NCBI GenBank assembly: GCA_038087875.1 | Contig: CM075989.1 | Coordinates: 20,338,001 to 20,402,000, forward strand | Length of the DNA stretch: 64,000 nucleotides | Direction: 5' to 3' | Source: Malacoraja senta | Taxonomy: Eukaryota | Shown here: piece by piece, positions 1 to 13,579 of the stretch | Numbering within the stretch: the stretch's first letter is position 1 | How the letters are laid out: the number at the start of each line of letters is the position of its first letter | Program-made: the position numbers and the translations under genes | Notes under the pieces: model-generated | What the model was told of the DNA's origin: nothing | Seen by the model: only the letters and a program-made list of their open reading frames with translations | Database searches by the model: none

Positions 1-65
1 CACTGCCTACACATTAGGGGCCAATTCACAACAGAGGCCAATTCACTTACAAATTCACACGTTTT

Positions 66-440
66 TACAAAATTCTTAAGGGGTTGGACAGGCTAGATGC
101 AGAAAGATTGTTCCCGATGTTGGGGAAGTCCAGAACAAGGGGTCACAGTTTAAGGATAAGGGGGAAGTCGTTTAGGACCGAGAAGAGAAAAACATTTTTC
201 ACACAGAGAGTGGTGAATCTGTGGAATTCTCTGCCACAGAAGGTAGTTGAGGCCAGTTCATGGCTATATTTAAGAGGGAGTTAGATGTGGCCCTTGTGGC
301 TAAAGGGATCAGGGGGTATGGAGAGAAGGCAGGTACAGGATACTGAGTTGGATGATCAGCCATGATCATATTGAATGGCGGTGCAGGCTCGAAGGGCCGA
401 ATGGCCTACTCCTGCACCTATTTTCTATGTTTCTATGTTT
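66..440 (+). mobile_element. CR1 LINE 3' fragment
   Basis: Encodes RGHSLRIRG...FFTQRVVNLWNSLP, followed by the 3' UTR and a (TTTCTATG)n tail. Confidence 0.9.
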
Positions 441-2659
441 TGGGATGTGGGAGGAAACTGGAGCACCCGGAAGAAACCCCCACGTGGTCACGGAGAACAT
501 GCAACCTCCACTCAGAAAGCACCCTTGGCCAGGGTCCCTGGCGTTGAGAGGCAGCAGCTCTACCAGCTGTGCCACTGTGCTGCTCCGATGGAGCTACAGG
601 GGTTATTTCCACAAACGCCTTAAACCCTTGGCATGTGTCCTTGATCCTATTGCGTCCTCATCAAAAATATCTGCATCATTTCTTCCCATACAATAGGCTA
701 GTTTGGAGCTTAAATTAATATGAATCATATTGAGCAGTGCAACGCAAGGGACAGGTATATACAGTGTCTACTAGCCTAATCGAAGAGGATTCTCCTACAG
801 GTGCACGGTAGAGAACACGCTGACTGGTTGCATCAATAGACAATAGACAATAGGTGCAGGAGTAGGCCATTCTGCCCTTCGAGCCAGCACCGCCATTCAA
901 TGTGATCATGGCTGACCATCCCCAATCAGTACCCCGTTCCTGCCTTCTCCCCATATCCCCTGACTCCGCTATCTTTAAGAGCCCTGTCTAGCTCTCTCTT
1001 GAAAGCATCCAGAGAACCTGCCTCCACCGCCCCCTGAGGCAGAGAATTCCACATCGTGGCCTAGTTCGACAACTTGAACTTCCAGGAGTAAAAAAGATTA
1101 CAAAAAGTTGTGACCACTGCCCAGTCCATCACCGGCTTTGACCTCCCCATTGTCGAAGGGATCTACCATAGTCGCTGCCTCAAAAAGGCAGCCAAAATCC
1201 ACAGAAGGTCTGGCAACATCTGTGGAGGACGAATCAATCAACAATTTAGGATGGTGAAATATCATTAATCTGAAGCATTATCCCTTACTTCTTGTCTGCA
1301 ACTATTCCCTCCACACATGATGAGCACAGAATTTCTTGCTTCTATTTCCCCTGAAGCTTAGTGCCTTTTGAAATGTGATCTTACGCTCGCAAGTGTTTGA
1401 CTAGTGGGTGGAGGATTTGTGTGGGATGTCAGTGAGCGTTTATAAGGATGGTGGTTGCTCAGTGTGTCAAAAAAGATCAGAAAATGATTTAAAGTTACAC
1501 TGAATAACAGGGTTTTCTTGTTGAGATTACATCTACAGTGATTTGAATCACGACGCCTGGTAGCTTGATTTTCCTGGGGGGAAATCTGATTCAGCTTGTG
1601 CCAATTATCTGTTGCTGAAATTAATTCCTGTGTAATTGCGGGGACAATGTGCATATCCAAGTTTGGCCAGGTAAGCTTCAATAGATTGCATGTGATGGAC
1701 GATAGGCCCCAGTAATTGCATTTATCAAAGCAGAATGACCCTCGGGCCGTGGCTATCCCCCCCCCCCCCCCCCACAACCGAACCTGAAGGGGGAAGCCGC
1801 CGAGCCCGGCCCCTGCTCGTGCACGAGGACTGGAGAGTGGTGGGAGTCGTCGACAGCAGACCCAAGGACAAAGGGCCAGGAAATGGATCCGGGGTCTTAC
1901 CTTACATGCCCTTAAGCTAGGCCGCGGGAAGCGCCCCCAGGGTACAAAGGCAGAAGGTGGACGGGGGGGGGGAAGGGGAAGACGGTTCACAGGATGATCC
2001 AGATCGAGGTCACCACTCTAACACCCCACTGGGGATTTAATGTGTGCTTTAGTATGCTTACAGTTAGACTGATCTTGAAACAGTTTTGAATCGCAAAGTG
2101 CAGGAGCAACGCAGCGGTTCAAGCTTATCTCAGGCGAACGTGGATAAGTGATGCTTTGGGTAGGGACCCATCTTCAGTCTGAATGTAGTAGGGGGGAGAA
2201 AGCTGGATGTGAGGTGGGGATGGGACAAAGCCAGGCAAGTGATAGGTGGAAATAGACACAAAAAGCTGGAGTAAAAGCATCTCTGGAGAAAAGGAATAGG
2301 TGATGTTTCGGGTCGAGACTCTTCTTCAGACTGAGAGTCAGGGGAGTCTCGACCCGAAACCTATTCCTTTTCTCCAGAATATTGCTATCTTTGGTTTAAA
2401 CCAGCACCTGCAGTTCCTTCCTACACAAGTGATAGGTGGATACGGGTGATTGGTAGACGAGTGGATAAAGGCCAAAGATGGGAAGAAGACTAAAGTATGG
2501 TTATATATGTAACTGCTGCATAATCTACCTTGGTAAAAGAGAGGGGAGAAAATGAATAGCAAGTATACCTGAAGCAGTGAAGGCCTCTGCTTTCAATGTT
2601 TCTGCAATCATTTCTTTGCCTCCATGTTCATAACCTTTTGCGCTCTCTTCTCATTACAG

Positions 2660-2923
2660 GTCTATGATGGCAACATTGAGGACCACACCTTACCTGCCTT
2701 GTTATCTGAAGACTTTGGAAAAGAATTAAGGAAGAATTTCATGCTGAAAATGAGAGGAGATATATCCACTCAAGAGTGCAGGACGCTATCCAACTTCTGT
2801 GACTGTACAGATATGAAGCTATAACTTTATCCAGATGATGTGTTTGCCAAATGTAATGGAAGATGCACTCAGCATCTTGATATGGTTAAATTACATGGTT
2901 GAACAAGTTGTGCATTTAGAAAG
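2660..2923 (+). other. Putative exon of unknown identity (upstream gene end or CATSPER2 5' UTR exon)
   Basis: Non-repetitive sequence with a good acceptor (ctctcttctcattacag), an open frame VYDGNIEDHTL...TDMKL* to 2824, and a strong donor AAG|GTGAGC after 2923. The peptide was not recognised. Confidence 0.3.
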
Positions 2924-4764
2924 GTGAGCAGTTATTTGATATCAATGCATTCTTTGGTGGCAATGCAATTTGTTTCATTATATTATATCATCACGTCAGC
3001 CTTTTTATTCTGTAAATATATCGTTATAACTTACTCAAACACTGATAGGTAAATCAAAGTGCTTTGAGCAATCGGAACAGTGATAAGACGAATTAAGTAA
3101 CGAGGTGGGAGGACAGATGTAAGAAGGGTCTCAGGATCAACTTTTTCACTCAGAGAGTATCCATATCTCAAATGAGCTGCCACAGGAAGCAACTATGTGG
3201 ATATAACTATTACTTTCAAAATACGTTTGAACAAATATATGGATAGCATCTATGGAGCGAAGGAATAGGTGACGTTTCAGGTCGAGATCCGAAACATCAC
3301 CTATTCCTTCGCTCCATAGATGCTGCCTCACCCGCTGAGTTTCTTCAGCATTTTTGTCTACTTTGATTTTTCCAGCATCTGCAGTTCTTTCTTAAATAAA
3401 TGGATAGGATGAGTTGAGAGGCCTGTGGGCCAAATGCAGGCAAATATGCCAATTTGGTCAGCATGGACAAAATGGATAAGAAAAGCCTGTTTCTATGTAC
3501 AGCTCTATCGCTCTATGAGTCCATAACTCAGCTAATTGATGAACACAATGTGAATATGTGTGCAAAGGAACTGCAGATGCTGGTTTAAACAAAAGATAGA
3601 CATAAAAAGCTGGAGTAACTCGGCGGGTCAGGCAGCATCTCTGGAGAGAAGGAATGGGTGACGTTTCGGAACGTCACCTATTCCTTTTCTCCACAATATG
3701 AATCTGGTCAGAAGATAAATGTGTACGCCTGTGAAGAGACTAGAATGGTGTTGGGATGGTGGCTACATAAGGTTGAATGCCCTGGTAAGTGAATAAATTT
3801 CAACCGGGCCTAATGAATGGCTTATGAAATAGCTAATGGTCTTCATTGTTCTAGAGTTCTAAATACGATTCTAAATACTGTTCTCTTTCATGTTCTTGTA
3901 TGATATCATAATATAGTGAAGTCACTATGGCAAGGAGAGTATTTTTTGATATGAATTATTCAAAAACATATTCACCCAACATGGATAAAATTTGTCGACG
4001 GTGTGATATTTTAGAAGTACAATAACACCTCTGCTTTTCTTCTCAAGGTCTTAACTATCAGGTAAGACCGAAAAATAAATGAGCTGAGATCCCAAAATCA
4101 AAAAGAATCTAACATCTTGAAAAGTATATGATTAATCAGTAACAAAAGATTGTAATAGTCATAGAGTCATGGAGTGATACAGCGTGGAAACAGAAGATAG
4201 ACACAAAATGCTGGAGTAACTCAACGGGACAGGCAGCATCTCTGGAGAGAAGGAATGGGTGACGTTTTAGGTCAAGACCCTTCTTCAGACTGGAAACAGG
4301 CCCTTCGGCCCAACTTGCCCACAATGACCAACATGTCCCAGCTACACTAGTCCCACCTGCCTATGTTTGGTGCATATCCCTCCAAACCTGACCTATCCAT
4401 GCACTTGCCTAGCTGTTTCTTAAACGTTGGGATAGTCCCTGCCTCAACCACCTCCTCTGGCAGCTTGTTCCATACACCCACCACCCTCTGTGTGAAAAAG
4501 ATTACCCCTCAGATTCCTATTAAATCTCTTCCCCTTCACGTTAAACCTATTTTAATTGTGATATTGAAAAGTTGAAAATAAAAATCTTCATGAGGGCTTA
4601 TAAAAAAGGAGAAAATTCATAGTCATGGAGATATACAGCACAGAATTTGGACTTTCTGCCCAGTGGGTCCCCACACATTCACACTACTTAGTACTGGCAA
4701 TGGTTTGGAAGAAAGAAACTGCAGATGCTGGTTTACACAAAAGGACACTGAATACTGGAGCAAC

Positions 4765-6058
4765 ATGGAAACATAGAAAAATTGAAAAATAGGTGCAAGA
4801 GTGGGTCATTCAAGACAACACCGTCATTTAAAATGATCATAGGCTGATCATCTAAAATCAGTACCCCGCTCATCCTTTTTCCCCATATCCCTTGTTTCCT
4901 TTAGCCCTAAGAGCAAAATCTATCTTTCGCTTGAAAAATCCCGTGAATTGGCCTCCACTGCCTTCTGTGGCTGAGAATTCCACAGATTCACAACTCACTG
5001 GATGAAAAAAAAATTCCTCATCTCAGTCCTAAATGGCCTCTACCCCTTATTCCTAAATTGTAACCCCTGGTTCTGGATTCACCCAACATGGGGAACCTTT
5101 TTCCTGCATCTAGCCTGTCCAATCCTTTAAGAATTTTATATGTTTCGATAAGATCCCCTCTCATACTTCTAAATTCCAGTGACTACAAGCCCAGTCGACC
5201 CATTCTTTCATCATACGTCAGTCCTGCCATCCCGGGAATTAACCTGGTGAACTTACACTGCACTCCCCCAATCGCAATAATGTCCTTCCTCAAATTAGGA
5301 GACCAAAATTGCACACAATACGCCTGGTGCAGTCTAGCCAGGGACCTGTACAACTGCAGTAGGACCTCCTTGCTCCTAAACTCAAATCCTCTCGCAATGA
5401 AGACCAACATGCCATTGGCTTTCTTCACTGCCTGCTGTACCTGCATGCTTACATTCAGTGACTGATGTACAACCACATCCAGGTCTCGTTGCACTTCCCC
5501 TTTTCCTAATCTGACACCATTCAGATAATAATCTGCCTTCCTGTTCCTGCCACCGAAGTGGATAACCTCACATTTATCCACATTATACTGCATCTGCCAT
5601 GCTTCTGCCCACTCACCCAACCTATCCAAGTCACCCTGCAGGTTCCTAGCATCCTCATCGCAGCTCACACTGCCACCCAGCTTTATGTCATCCGCAAACT
5701 GGGAGATGTCACATTTAATTCCCCCGTCTAAATCGTTAATATATATCGTAAATAACTGGGGTCCCAGCACCGAGACTTGCGGCACCCTACAAGTCACTGC
5801 CTGCCATTCTGAAAAGGACCCATTAATTCCTACTTTTTGCTTCCTGTCTGCCAACCAGTTCTGCTCTAATTTTGGACACTAATCTCTTGTGTGGGACCTT
5901 GTCAAAGGCTTTTTTGAAAGTCCAGATCCACCACATCCACTGGCTCTCCCTTATCTATTCTACTTGTTACATCCTCAAAAAATTCCAGAAGATTAGTCAA
6001 GCATGATTTCCCCTTCATAAATCCATGCTGACCTTGACCGATCCTTTCACTGCTTTCC
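4765..6058 (-). mobile_element. CR1 LINE 3' fragment (degenerate RT)
   Basis: ORF 5183-5854 with VPQ.SVLGPQLF, FADD and YCVQFWSP. Confidence 0.92.
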
Positions 6059-6656
6059 AGTGGTTCAGTGGGTCAGGTAGTATCTCTGGATCCCAACCCG
6101 AAACATTGCCAATGCATGTTCTCTGGAGATGCTACCTGACCTGCTGAGTTACTCTAGCATTTTGTGTCCTTTTTGTATTGAGTTGTTTTTTGTTGTTGTC
6201 AGGTTTACTGACATACAAAGTAAAACATTGCTTTGCATGCTCTCCAGGCAGAAGAAAATAAAATGTGGCGTTAGGGCTACAGAGGAAGGGCAGAGTAATT
6301 TTAAAAAAGTGCATTGGGCCATAATAAGCTGGATTGGGAATCATCTTTAGCACATGAGAGGTCTGTTTATGGGACTGATAACAGCGGAGAAGAAGAATTC
6401 TCTTGATGAGAATATTCATTTCTTAAACATTAGTACCAGAAATAGATTGATTATTACAGCATCTTGTTTGCCTCTTGTAAGCCTCTACCAAGCTGAAATA
6501 ACCATTGGCCGCACAACGCAGCAAATGCATTTCAAAATAATTAATTGACCTTCAAATGCTTTCATATAGATAAGGTTTATCTTTATGTAAAACCCTTGCT
6601 TTTGTTTCTTACTTACGGGTTAACTAAACATATATACTGTGGATTTTTAGCTGACC

Positions 6657-6962
6657 TTTAGTTTAGTTTAGTTTAGAGATCCAGCGTGGGAACAGGCCCT
6701 TCAGCCCACCGAATTCGAGCCGACCAGCGATCCCCGCACACTTACACTATCCTACACACACTAGGGACAGTTTTCAATTATACCAAGCCAATTAACCTAC
6801 AAACTTGTACGTCTTTGCAGTGTGGGAGAAAACCGGAGATCCCGGAGAAAACCCACGCAGGTCACGGGGAGAAAGTACAAACTCCGTACAGCCAGCACCC
6901 GTAGTCTGGATCGAAGCCGGGTCTCTGGCGCTGTGAGGCAGCAACACTACCGCTGCGCCACC
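6657..6962 (-). mobile_element. tRNA-derived V-SINE-like element
   Basis: Reverse complement of the same family as 31127-31402, with a (CTAAA)n tail. Confidence 0.85.
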
Positions 6963-7022
6963 TCTCATCAAGAAGTCACATCTGACATCCTATTGTGCCA
7001 AGTTATTTACTTCCACGTGTAA

Positions 7023-7351
7023 AAGCCCTGTCCCACGGTACAAGTTCATTCCAAGAGCTCTCCCGAGTTTTTAAAAAATCAAACTCGTGGTAAGCACGGA
7101 GAATGAACGTAGCGGGTACGTCGGAGCTCGGGGACGTCTCTTAGCGGCTCGTAGCGCCAACGGCAGATACTCGGGAAGACTCGCTAACGGCAGGTAAGCA
7201 CGGGAAGACTCGTGAAGATTTTTCAACATGTTGAAAAATGTCCACGAGAGCCCTGATACCGACGAGTGGCCATTACCGTAAATCTCCGAGTTCGAATCAG
7301 GGCAAACTCGGGAGAGCTCTTGGAATGAACTCGTACCGTGAGACAGGGCTA
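7023..7351. mobile_element. MITE with ~47-bp terminal inverted repeats (possibly PIF/Harbinger-type)
   Basis: AGCCCTGTCCCACGGTACAAGTTCATTCCAAGAGCTCTCCCGAGTTT at 7024 and its reverse complement (2 mismatches) ending 7350. TAA on both flanks. Confidence 0.85.
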
Positions 7352-8153
7352 TAACTATATTTACATATTACAAGCAGGATCTTACTGGCATTTAGTTATT
7401 ATTTACACTTTACAAACAAGTTTAACAAGAAGGGAAATCGTCTGCATGATTGGATTATAAGACATTTGGTTTATATTTAGGTTGAGAGAATGACTAATTA
7501 ATTATTATTATAATGCAGCTTCTGAATAGCTCCAATCAGTGCTTTTATGTGATGGTATGCCCCAATAGGAGGTACTGGCACCTTCAAGATGATAAATGTC
7601 ATTATTTTGTTTATTAATTGTGCATACACGCACTGTTATGTCTAAAAACAACACTGGTTACATGTTTGTTAATGCCACGTATTATCACGATCAATTGTAT
7701 ATCGCAGATTCAGAGAATTACTGTTCCACCTCTTACAGGCTAAGATTTATAAATAATTAATTGACACAGCAACCGATGGTTGATCGTCTGCAAGTGGTCA
7801 GGGTTTGAAAATGAAGGTAGAAACAAGGAACTACAAACGCTGGCTTTCATAAAGTGCTGGAGTCACTCAGCAGGTCAGGCAGCATCTATGGAGGAACATG
7901 GATAGGTGGCATTTCGGGTCGGGACCTTCCTTCAGAATGATCAGTGCTGAAGGAGGGTCCCGGCCCGAAACATCACCTATTCAAGTTATTCCAGAGATGC
8001 TGACTGACCTGCTAAGTTACTCCAGCACTTTGTGTCCTTTTTGGAAAAGGAATGGATCTTTAAAGGTTGTAGATGTGGAGATCGCTGACAGTTGGACATT
8101 TGTATAATGGGTGCATTTATACGCTTTTTTCTCCGTTGAATAGATTCTTAAAA

Positions 8154-8325
8154 ATGGAGTCATCGAAATACCTTTTGGAACCTAAAAGTGTTTCTCAGAT
8201 ACATTCAAAGGAGAATCCTCTGGCACAAGTTATCCGATCAAAGCTCATTCAGGACTTCAATTTGTTGGATCATTTACAAGGATTAATCATCAATGATCCA
8301 AAATATAATATGAATGATATTAAAG
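8154..8325 (+). CDS. CATSPER2: CATSPER2 coding exon 1 (N-terminus)
   Basis: Acceptor TAG ends 8143, ATG at 8154. Encodes MESSKY...AQVIRSKLIQDFNLLDHLQGL...DIK, matching the recalled CatSper2 N-terminal motif (ADAIRSRLIDTFSLIEHLQGL). Donor AAAG|GTATT, phase 1. Confidence 0.9.
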
Positions 8326-10247
8326 GTATTTTTTGAACCATTACATTGACAATATTGATTTTGGTTGTTCACATAATAATGAAAGAAAAAAAGAATCGGA
8401 AATGTATGCTGTGTCAAAACACAGTAAAATGGGAAATTGTATTTAAAGGTGTCTCTTCGCTACAACCAAAGTCCATGTGGACAAAGTGCAAGACCAAATG
8501 TTTACATATGCAGTGGAAACATTATGTTACACAACAATGGTAAATACTGCAGAAAAAGACACTGCTTTTTTTGCTATCTTTCTGATCTTTAATATTCTGA
8601 ACTTGGAAATTATACAGTATGCACCTTAGTTTTTCCAGCAAACATTTTTTTAAAGCATATTTACATACTTCCTTACGGTGCCAGAGATCCTGACTACAGG
8701 TGCAGTATGTACGGAGTTTGTAAGTTCTCCCCGTGACCAGTCGGTTTTCTCCGGGTGCTTCGGTTTCCTCCCACACTCCAAAGACGTACAGGTTTGTAAA
8801 TTAATTGGCTTTGGTAAAGTTGGAAATTGTCCCCAGTTTGTAGGATTGTGCTAGTGTACGGGGTGATTGCCGGTCGGCGTGGACTCGGTGGACCAAAGGG
8901 TCTGTTTCCCTGCTGTATCTCTAAAGTCTAAAGTCTAAAACTCAGCGGCTCAGGCACTGTCTGTGGAGGGAATGGACAGGTGGCGGTTTGGGTCAGGACC
9001 TTTCTCAGACTGATCAAGACATCAGTCTGAAGAAGGGTCCCTACTAGAAATGTAATTTGTCCATTTCCCTCCACAGATGCCGCCTGATTGAAGAGTTCCT
9101 TACGAATTTTGTTAATACTGGAAATACCCAGCTCACATGTTATCTAAAAAATCTGAATTAAGTATATTTAGCTTATTTGAAACACTAAGTGCTACAGGAA
9201 CCCAGTGGGTCAGGCAGCATCTATGGAGGTGATGGTCAGCCAGCAATTCAGGTTGGAACCGTTCTTCAGTCCCGATCTGAATAACTGAAATGTTGTCTGT
9301 CAAATTTTTTCCACAGATCCTACCTGACCAGTTGAACTCCTCCGGCACTTTGTGGTTTGCTCAAGATTCCAGCATCTGTAGTTCCTTGTATCTCCATATT
9401 TATAGTGGGAAGGAACTGCAGATGCTGGTTTACACCGAAGATAGACACAAAATGGTGGAGTAGCTCAGCAAGTCAGGCAGGATCTCTGGAGAGAAGTCAT
9501 GGGTGACGTTGCGGGTCGAGACCCTTCTTCAGACTGAGAGTCAGGGGAGAGGGAGTCGAGATAAGGAGGGTCAAGGTGGGAAAATGACAGATAAAAGCAG
9601 ACGATGATAAGGAAATGTAGAATGGTTCATTGTTAGCTGAGGGGAAGATGACAAGGATGCGTATAATCAGTAAAATTAATCAGAAGGACAGTGAAACTAG
9701 TCGGAGAACTAGGGTCGTGTCCCGAAACGTCAACCATTCCTTCTCTCCATAGATGTTGCCTGTTCCACTCAGTTACTCCAGCATTTGGTCCATATCTCCA
9801 TATTCATCTTATTTCCTTCCTGCCCTTTTCCCCTACTGAAATGATTGGGAAGTTGCCTTTGAGCCATGTTCAACCTGGCATAGATGTTAAAGTGGGATTC
9901 ACAGATTTATGATTTTCACAACTTTATGCTCCTTCACTGGAGTCCTTGAACAGTCCAGCATTGGAGCCTATTTGCGAAAACCATCACCAACAATTGGCCA
10001 TTACTTTGAGACTTACACATTTGACCAAATTCCCGAAGTTCAGACAATTGTATTAGAAAATAATGGGTAGATACTGCGAAACTTGGCCTTTTTGTAAGTA
10101 GCTTGGAAAGTAAACTACTGATTTAAAATTTGAGTCTATAATAACAATTGTAGAAATTAAAATTGCATAAAAGGCATTTGTCGTAAAATATGCGGCTTGG
10201 ATGTAAAAAAAGAAGGTTTGTAACAATAGGTCCCTATTTTTTCACAG

Positions 10248-10421
10248 ACCCAAAAAAGTTGACCAGGTTGATGATTGAAGATCCACTGCAACTGGTGCGT
10301 TTTGAATTCAATCCAGTTCGGAATATAAATGTTTCCTCAAATGACCGAGAGAGAAATTGTCTAAAGAATCGCTATGTCAAATACCCACCACTCAACATGT
10401 GGGCACAGTGGATTTTAGATA
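10248..10421 (+). CDS. CATSPER2: CATSPER2 coding exon 2
   Basis: ttttttcacag acceptor. Encodes DPKKLTRLMIEDPLQLVRFEF...YPPLNMWAQWILD (cf. QLVRFSI...PPLSLWAGWVLE). 174 nt, phase 1 to 1. Donor GTATCCTTT (U12 consensus). Confidence 0.92.
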
Positions 10422-13400
10422 GTATCCTTTATTAAATCTATGACACTTTGAATTTAACATTCGTTTAGAAAATAGTTTAGTTTACTGTCGTGTGTATTGA
10501 GGTACAGTGAAAAGCTTTTGTTGCGTGCTATACAGTCAGCGGAAATACAATACATGATTACAATCGAGCCATTTACAGTGTACAGATACATATGAAGTCC
10601 GAGGGTCACCAAAGTGGTAGATAGTAGTTCAGCACTGCTCTCGGGTTGTGGTAAGATGATTCAGTTGCCTTATAACAGCTGGGATGGAACTGTCCCTGAA
10701 TCTGGAGGTGTGCATTTTCACACTCCTATATCTTTTGCCTGTTCAATGCTCAATAATTAGTCATAGGTTCTCTGCACAGCCAAGTTTGAAAAGTAATTGA
10801 GGGAATTTTCCCGGGGTAGGGTAATCAAGAACAAGAGGGCATGGGTTTAAGGCGAGAGAGGAAAGATTTAATAGTAACCTGAGGGGCAACCTTTCTCACT
10901 CAGAGGTTGGTAGGTATATGAAACGAGCTGCCAGAAGTAGTGGTTAAGGTAGCTGCAATAATATCATTTACAATAAATTTGGACAGGTGCATGGATGGGA
11001 AGCAATTAGAAAGATAAGGGCCAAACATGGGCAAATGGGACTAGATTAGTTGGGGCATCTTGGCCACCACGGACAAGTTGGGATGAAGGGCACGTTTCCG
11101 TGCTATATAACTCTATGTGGTTTAAATGGAACGCCTAGCTCCTTATCTGACCTCATCACAGAGGTGAATGAAAAGAGCTTGAAATAATGTTTTATTTAAG
11201 AGAATATCTCAGACATTGCAGCCTCAAAATGCATTGTTAGTTAGTTTGTTTTGTTTATTGTCATGTGTAATGAAATACAGTGAAAAGCTTGTTGTTGCCT
11301 GCTATCCAGTCAGCAGAAAGACTGGACATGATTACAATCAAGCTGCCGACAGTGTACATAGAATATAAAGGGAATAATGTTTAGTGCAAGATAAAGTCAA
11401 GTAAAATCTGATTGATGATAGTCCGAGGGTCTCCAATGAGGTAGATGGGAGCTCAGGACCGCTCTGTAGTTGGTGTTAGGATTATTCAGTGGCATGATAA
11501 CAGCTGGGAAGAAAGTGTCCCTGAATCTGGATTGTCGTATCATCCTGGTGTTCTTGTTCTTGATGTCGGGCTTGGACTTACCGTCTTTGGAGATTAGCCC
11601 TCTGCCAGTCACAGAGTATGGCTGGGCATTATGAAATACCAAATCTAGCCGTGGCTACTTAGCACAGCCAATATCACCCGGTACTCATTTAGAGGTCGAG
11701 AAGTGAAGCATGGCTTAAAATATTGTCATCTTGCTAAATCCTGGAACACATCATGCAGCGTGATGAACCACGTGGTTCTGCTTCTTAGTTCAAGCTCTGC
11801 TGCCAGTCAGTGAACAGTTATAAGAATTCAGTACATGTTTCCTCTTTGATAATATATCAAGCTTACGTTTGATATGCTATCAGTTTACATGGTAAAGTGA
11901 GATTGTGAAAAGCAAACTCAATGATGGATATTGCGATTGTGGTAAGCTTTTAGAAACCAGCAGCGTACTTCTCCAGTCTATTTACTCCCTCTGACATCCC
12001 TGTTCATGCTTGGGACGGGTAAGAAGACTCTCTCCACTGCACCACCTTCACCCATCTTCCCATTTCCCATCCAAACATGCCGGGCAACACAGTGGCGCAG
12101 CTGGTAAGAGCTACTGCCTCACAGTGTCAGAGACCTGGTCATTTCGATCTTGATCTTGGGTGCATTTCTGCATAGAGTGACCATGCGGGTTACCTCCAGG
12201 TGCTCAAGTTTGATCCCAAAGACGGGTTTGTAGCTCAATTGGCCTCAGTAAATTGCCCCTATTGTGTAGGAGTGGATGCGAAAGTGGGATAATAGATAAC
12301 TAGTGTGAAAAGGTGATCGATGGTCGGCGTGAATTCGATGTGCCAAAGGGCTGTTGAATCTTTCAGTTATTCAATCAATCAATCAATCGATATCGATCCA
12401 TCGAATAAATGAATAAATAGATAGACAAATAAATAAATAAATCAGACCACTTTTCTATGAAGCACAGTTTGTATCATGAGATTTGAAAATGCAATTCCAA
12501 AAATGAATATCACCTTTCTGGAGCTGGTGAATCCATTTCCAACCCTGGCCAATCCACTCTGCTCCACTTCTATTTTAATCTCTGCATGGTCTAATCTCTC
12601 CCTCTGCCCCACTCTGTCGTGTTCCGTAGCCACACTGATTTCCTTCACTTGCATCATGATGGTGTACATGGAGTGTGCAAAGTCTGTTTTACCTACTTGA
12701 GCTTTTGTTTTCAACACCAAACAATATTAATGCAGGGAGTCTTGGACAAAATTGTTGCAGGCTCCCCACACAGGAGGTCCATGTTAATGTTTCCCTTCAG
12801 GCTAGCCTGGTACCTTTGCTGTCCTAGTACCTAATTCCACCATGCTGTGCACCCATTTCTCCCACCGCCTCCCACCTCCCCAGTCAACCTACTCCTCTAC
12901 CTCCTCCCATATACTCGTCTCCCATTCCTGAATCCCATATTTCCTTCTATCTTCTCATTCCTGTCTCCTCCCACCCATATCTCACTCCTCCTCTTCTTTC
13001 CTTATATGACACCATTTTATTTCCATTTCACCTATAGCCATCGTTAGAATCACCACCCCCCACCTGTATCCACCGATCACTTGCTAAACTGTGTCCCGTT
13101 GCCACCTCTCTTGTCCAGATTCCCCCCCCCCCCTCCAACAGCATCAGTCCGTGTCCGAATTGTCATCCGTCCATTCCATCCATTGATGCTGCTTGACTTG
13201 CTGAATTCCTCCCGCATTTTGTTTGTAGCTCAAGATTCCAGCAACTGCAGTCTCTTGTGTTTCCATAACACCTTTGAATATTTGCTTGATAAGAAATTTA
13301 ATAAATGCTAATACTGAAAAATATAATTCTCCCGGGTCAAAGGTAAAATGCTGGCTAATGTTAATTCAACTACTAAATGATAAGATAGTAATATATATTA

Positions 13401-13510
13401 TTTAGTCAACACCATTATTTAAACATGTCCTTGAATATGATATTGATACCTTGAATAATTCATTGATTGAGAAAAATATAGTGTGCATTTTCCTGATCAG
13501 ATTCATGCAG
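10422..13510 (+). other. U12-type (minor spliceosome) GT-AG intron in CATSPER2
   Basis: 5' splice site is GTATCCTTT. Branch-like TTTTCCTGAT has its A at 13496, 14 nt before the 3' AG, with no polypyrimidine tract between branch site and AG. Confidence 0.85.
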
Positions 13511-13579
13511 GTTTATTTTTCAAAAATCTGATTCTGTATCTCATTATCATCAATATAATTGTGTTTGGCGTGTTGGCAG
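13511..13579 (+). CDS. CATSPER2: CATSPER2 coding exon 3 (S1 helix)
   Basis: Encodes SLFFKNLILYLIIINIIVFGVLA (cf. PLFKNFIIFLVFLNTIILMVEI). 69 nt, phase-compatible with exon 2. Donor CAG|GTACAA. Confidence 0.88.

Noticed and set aside
1358..1990. 210-aa minus-strand ORF over a GC-rich patch
   Set aside because: Low complexity, no recognisable domain and no consistent splice context; probably a repeat fragment.
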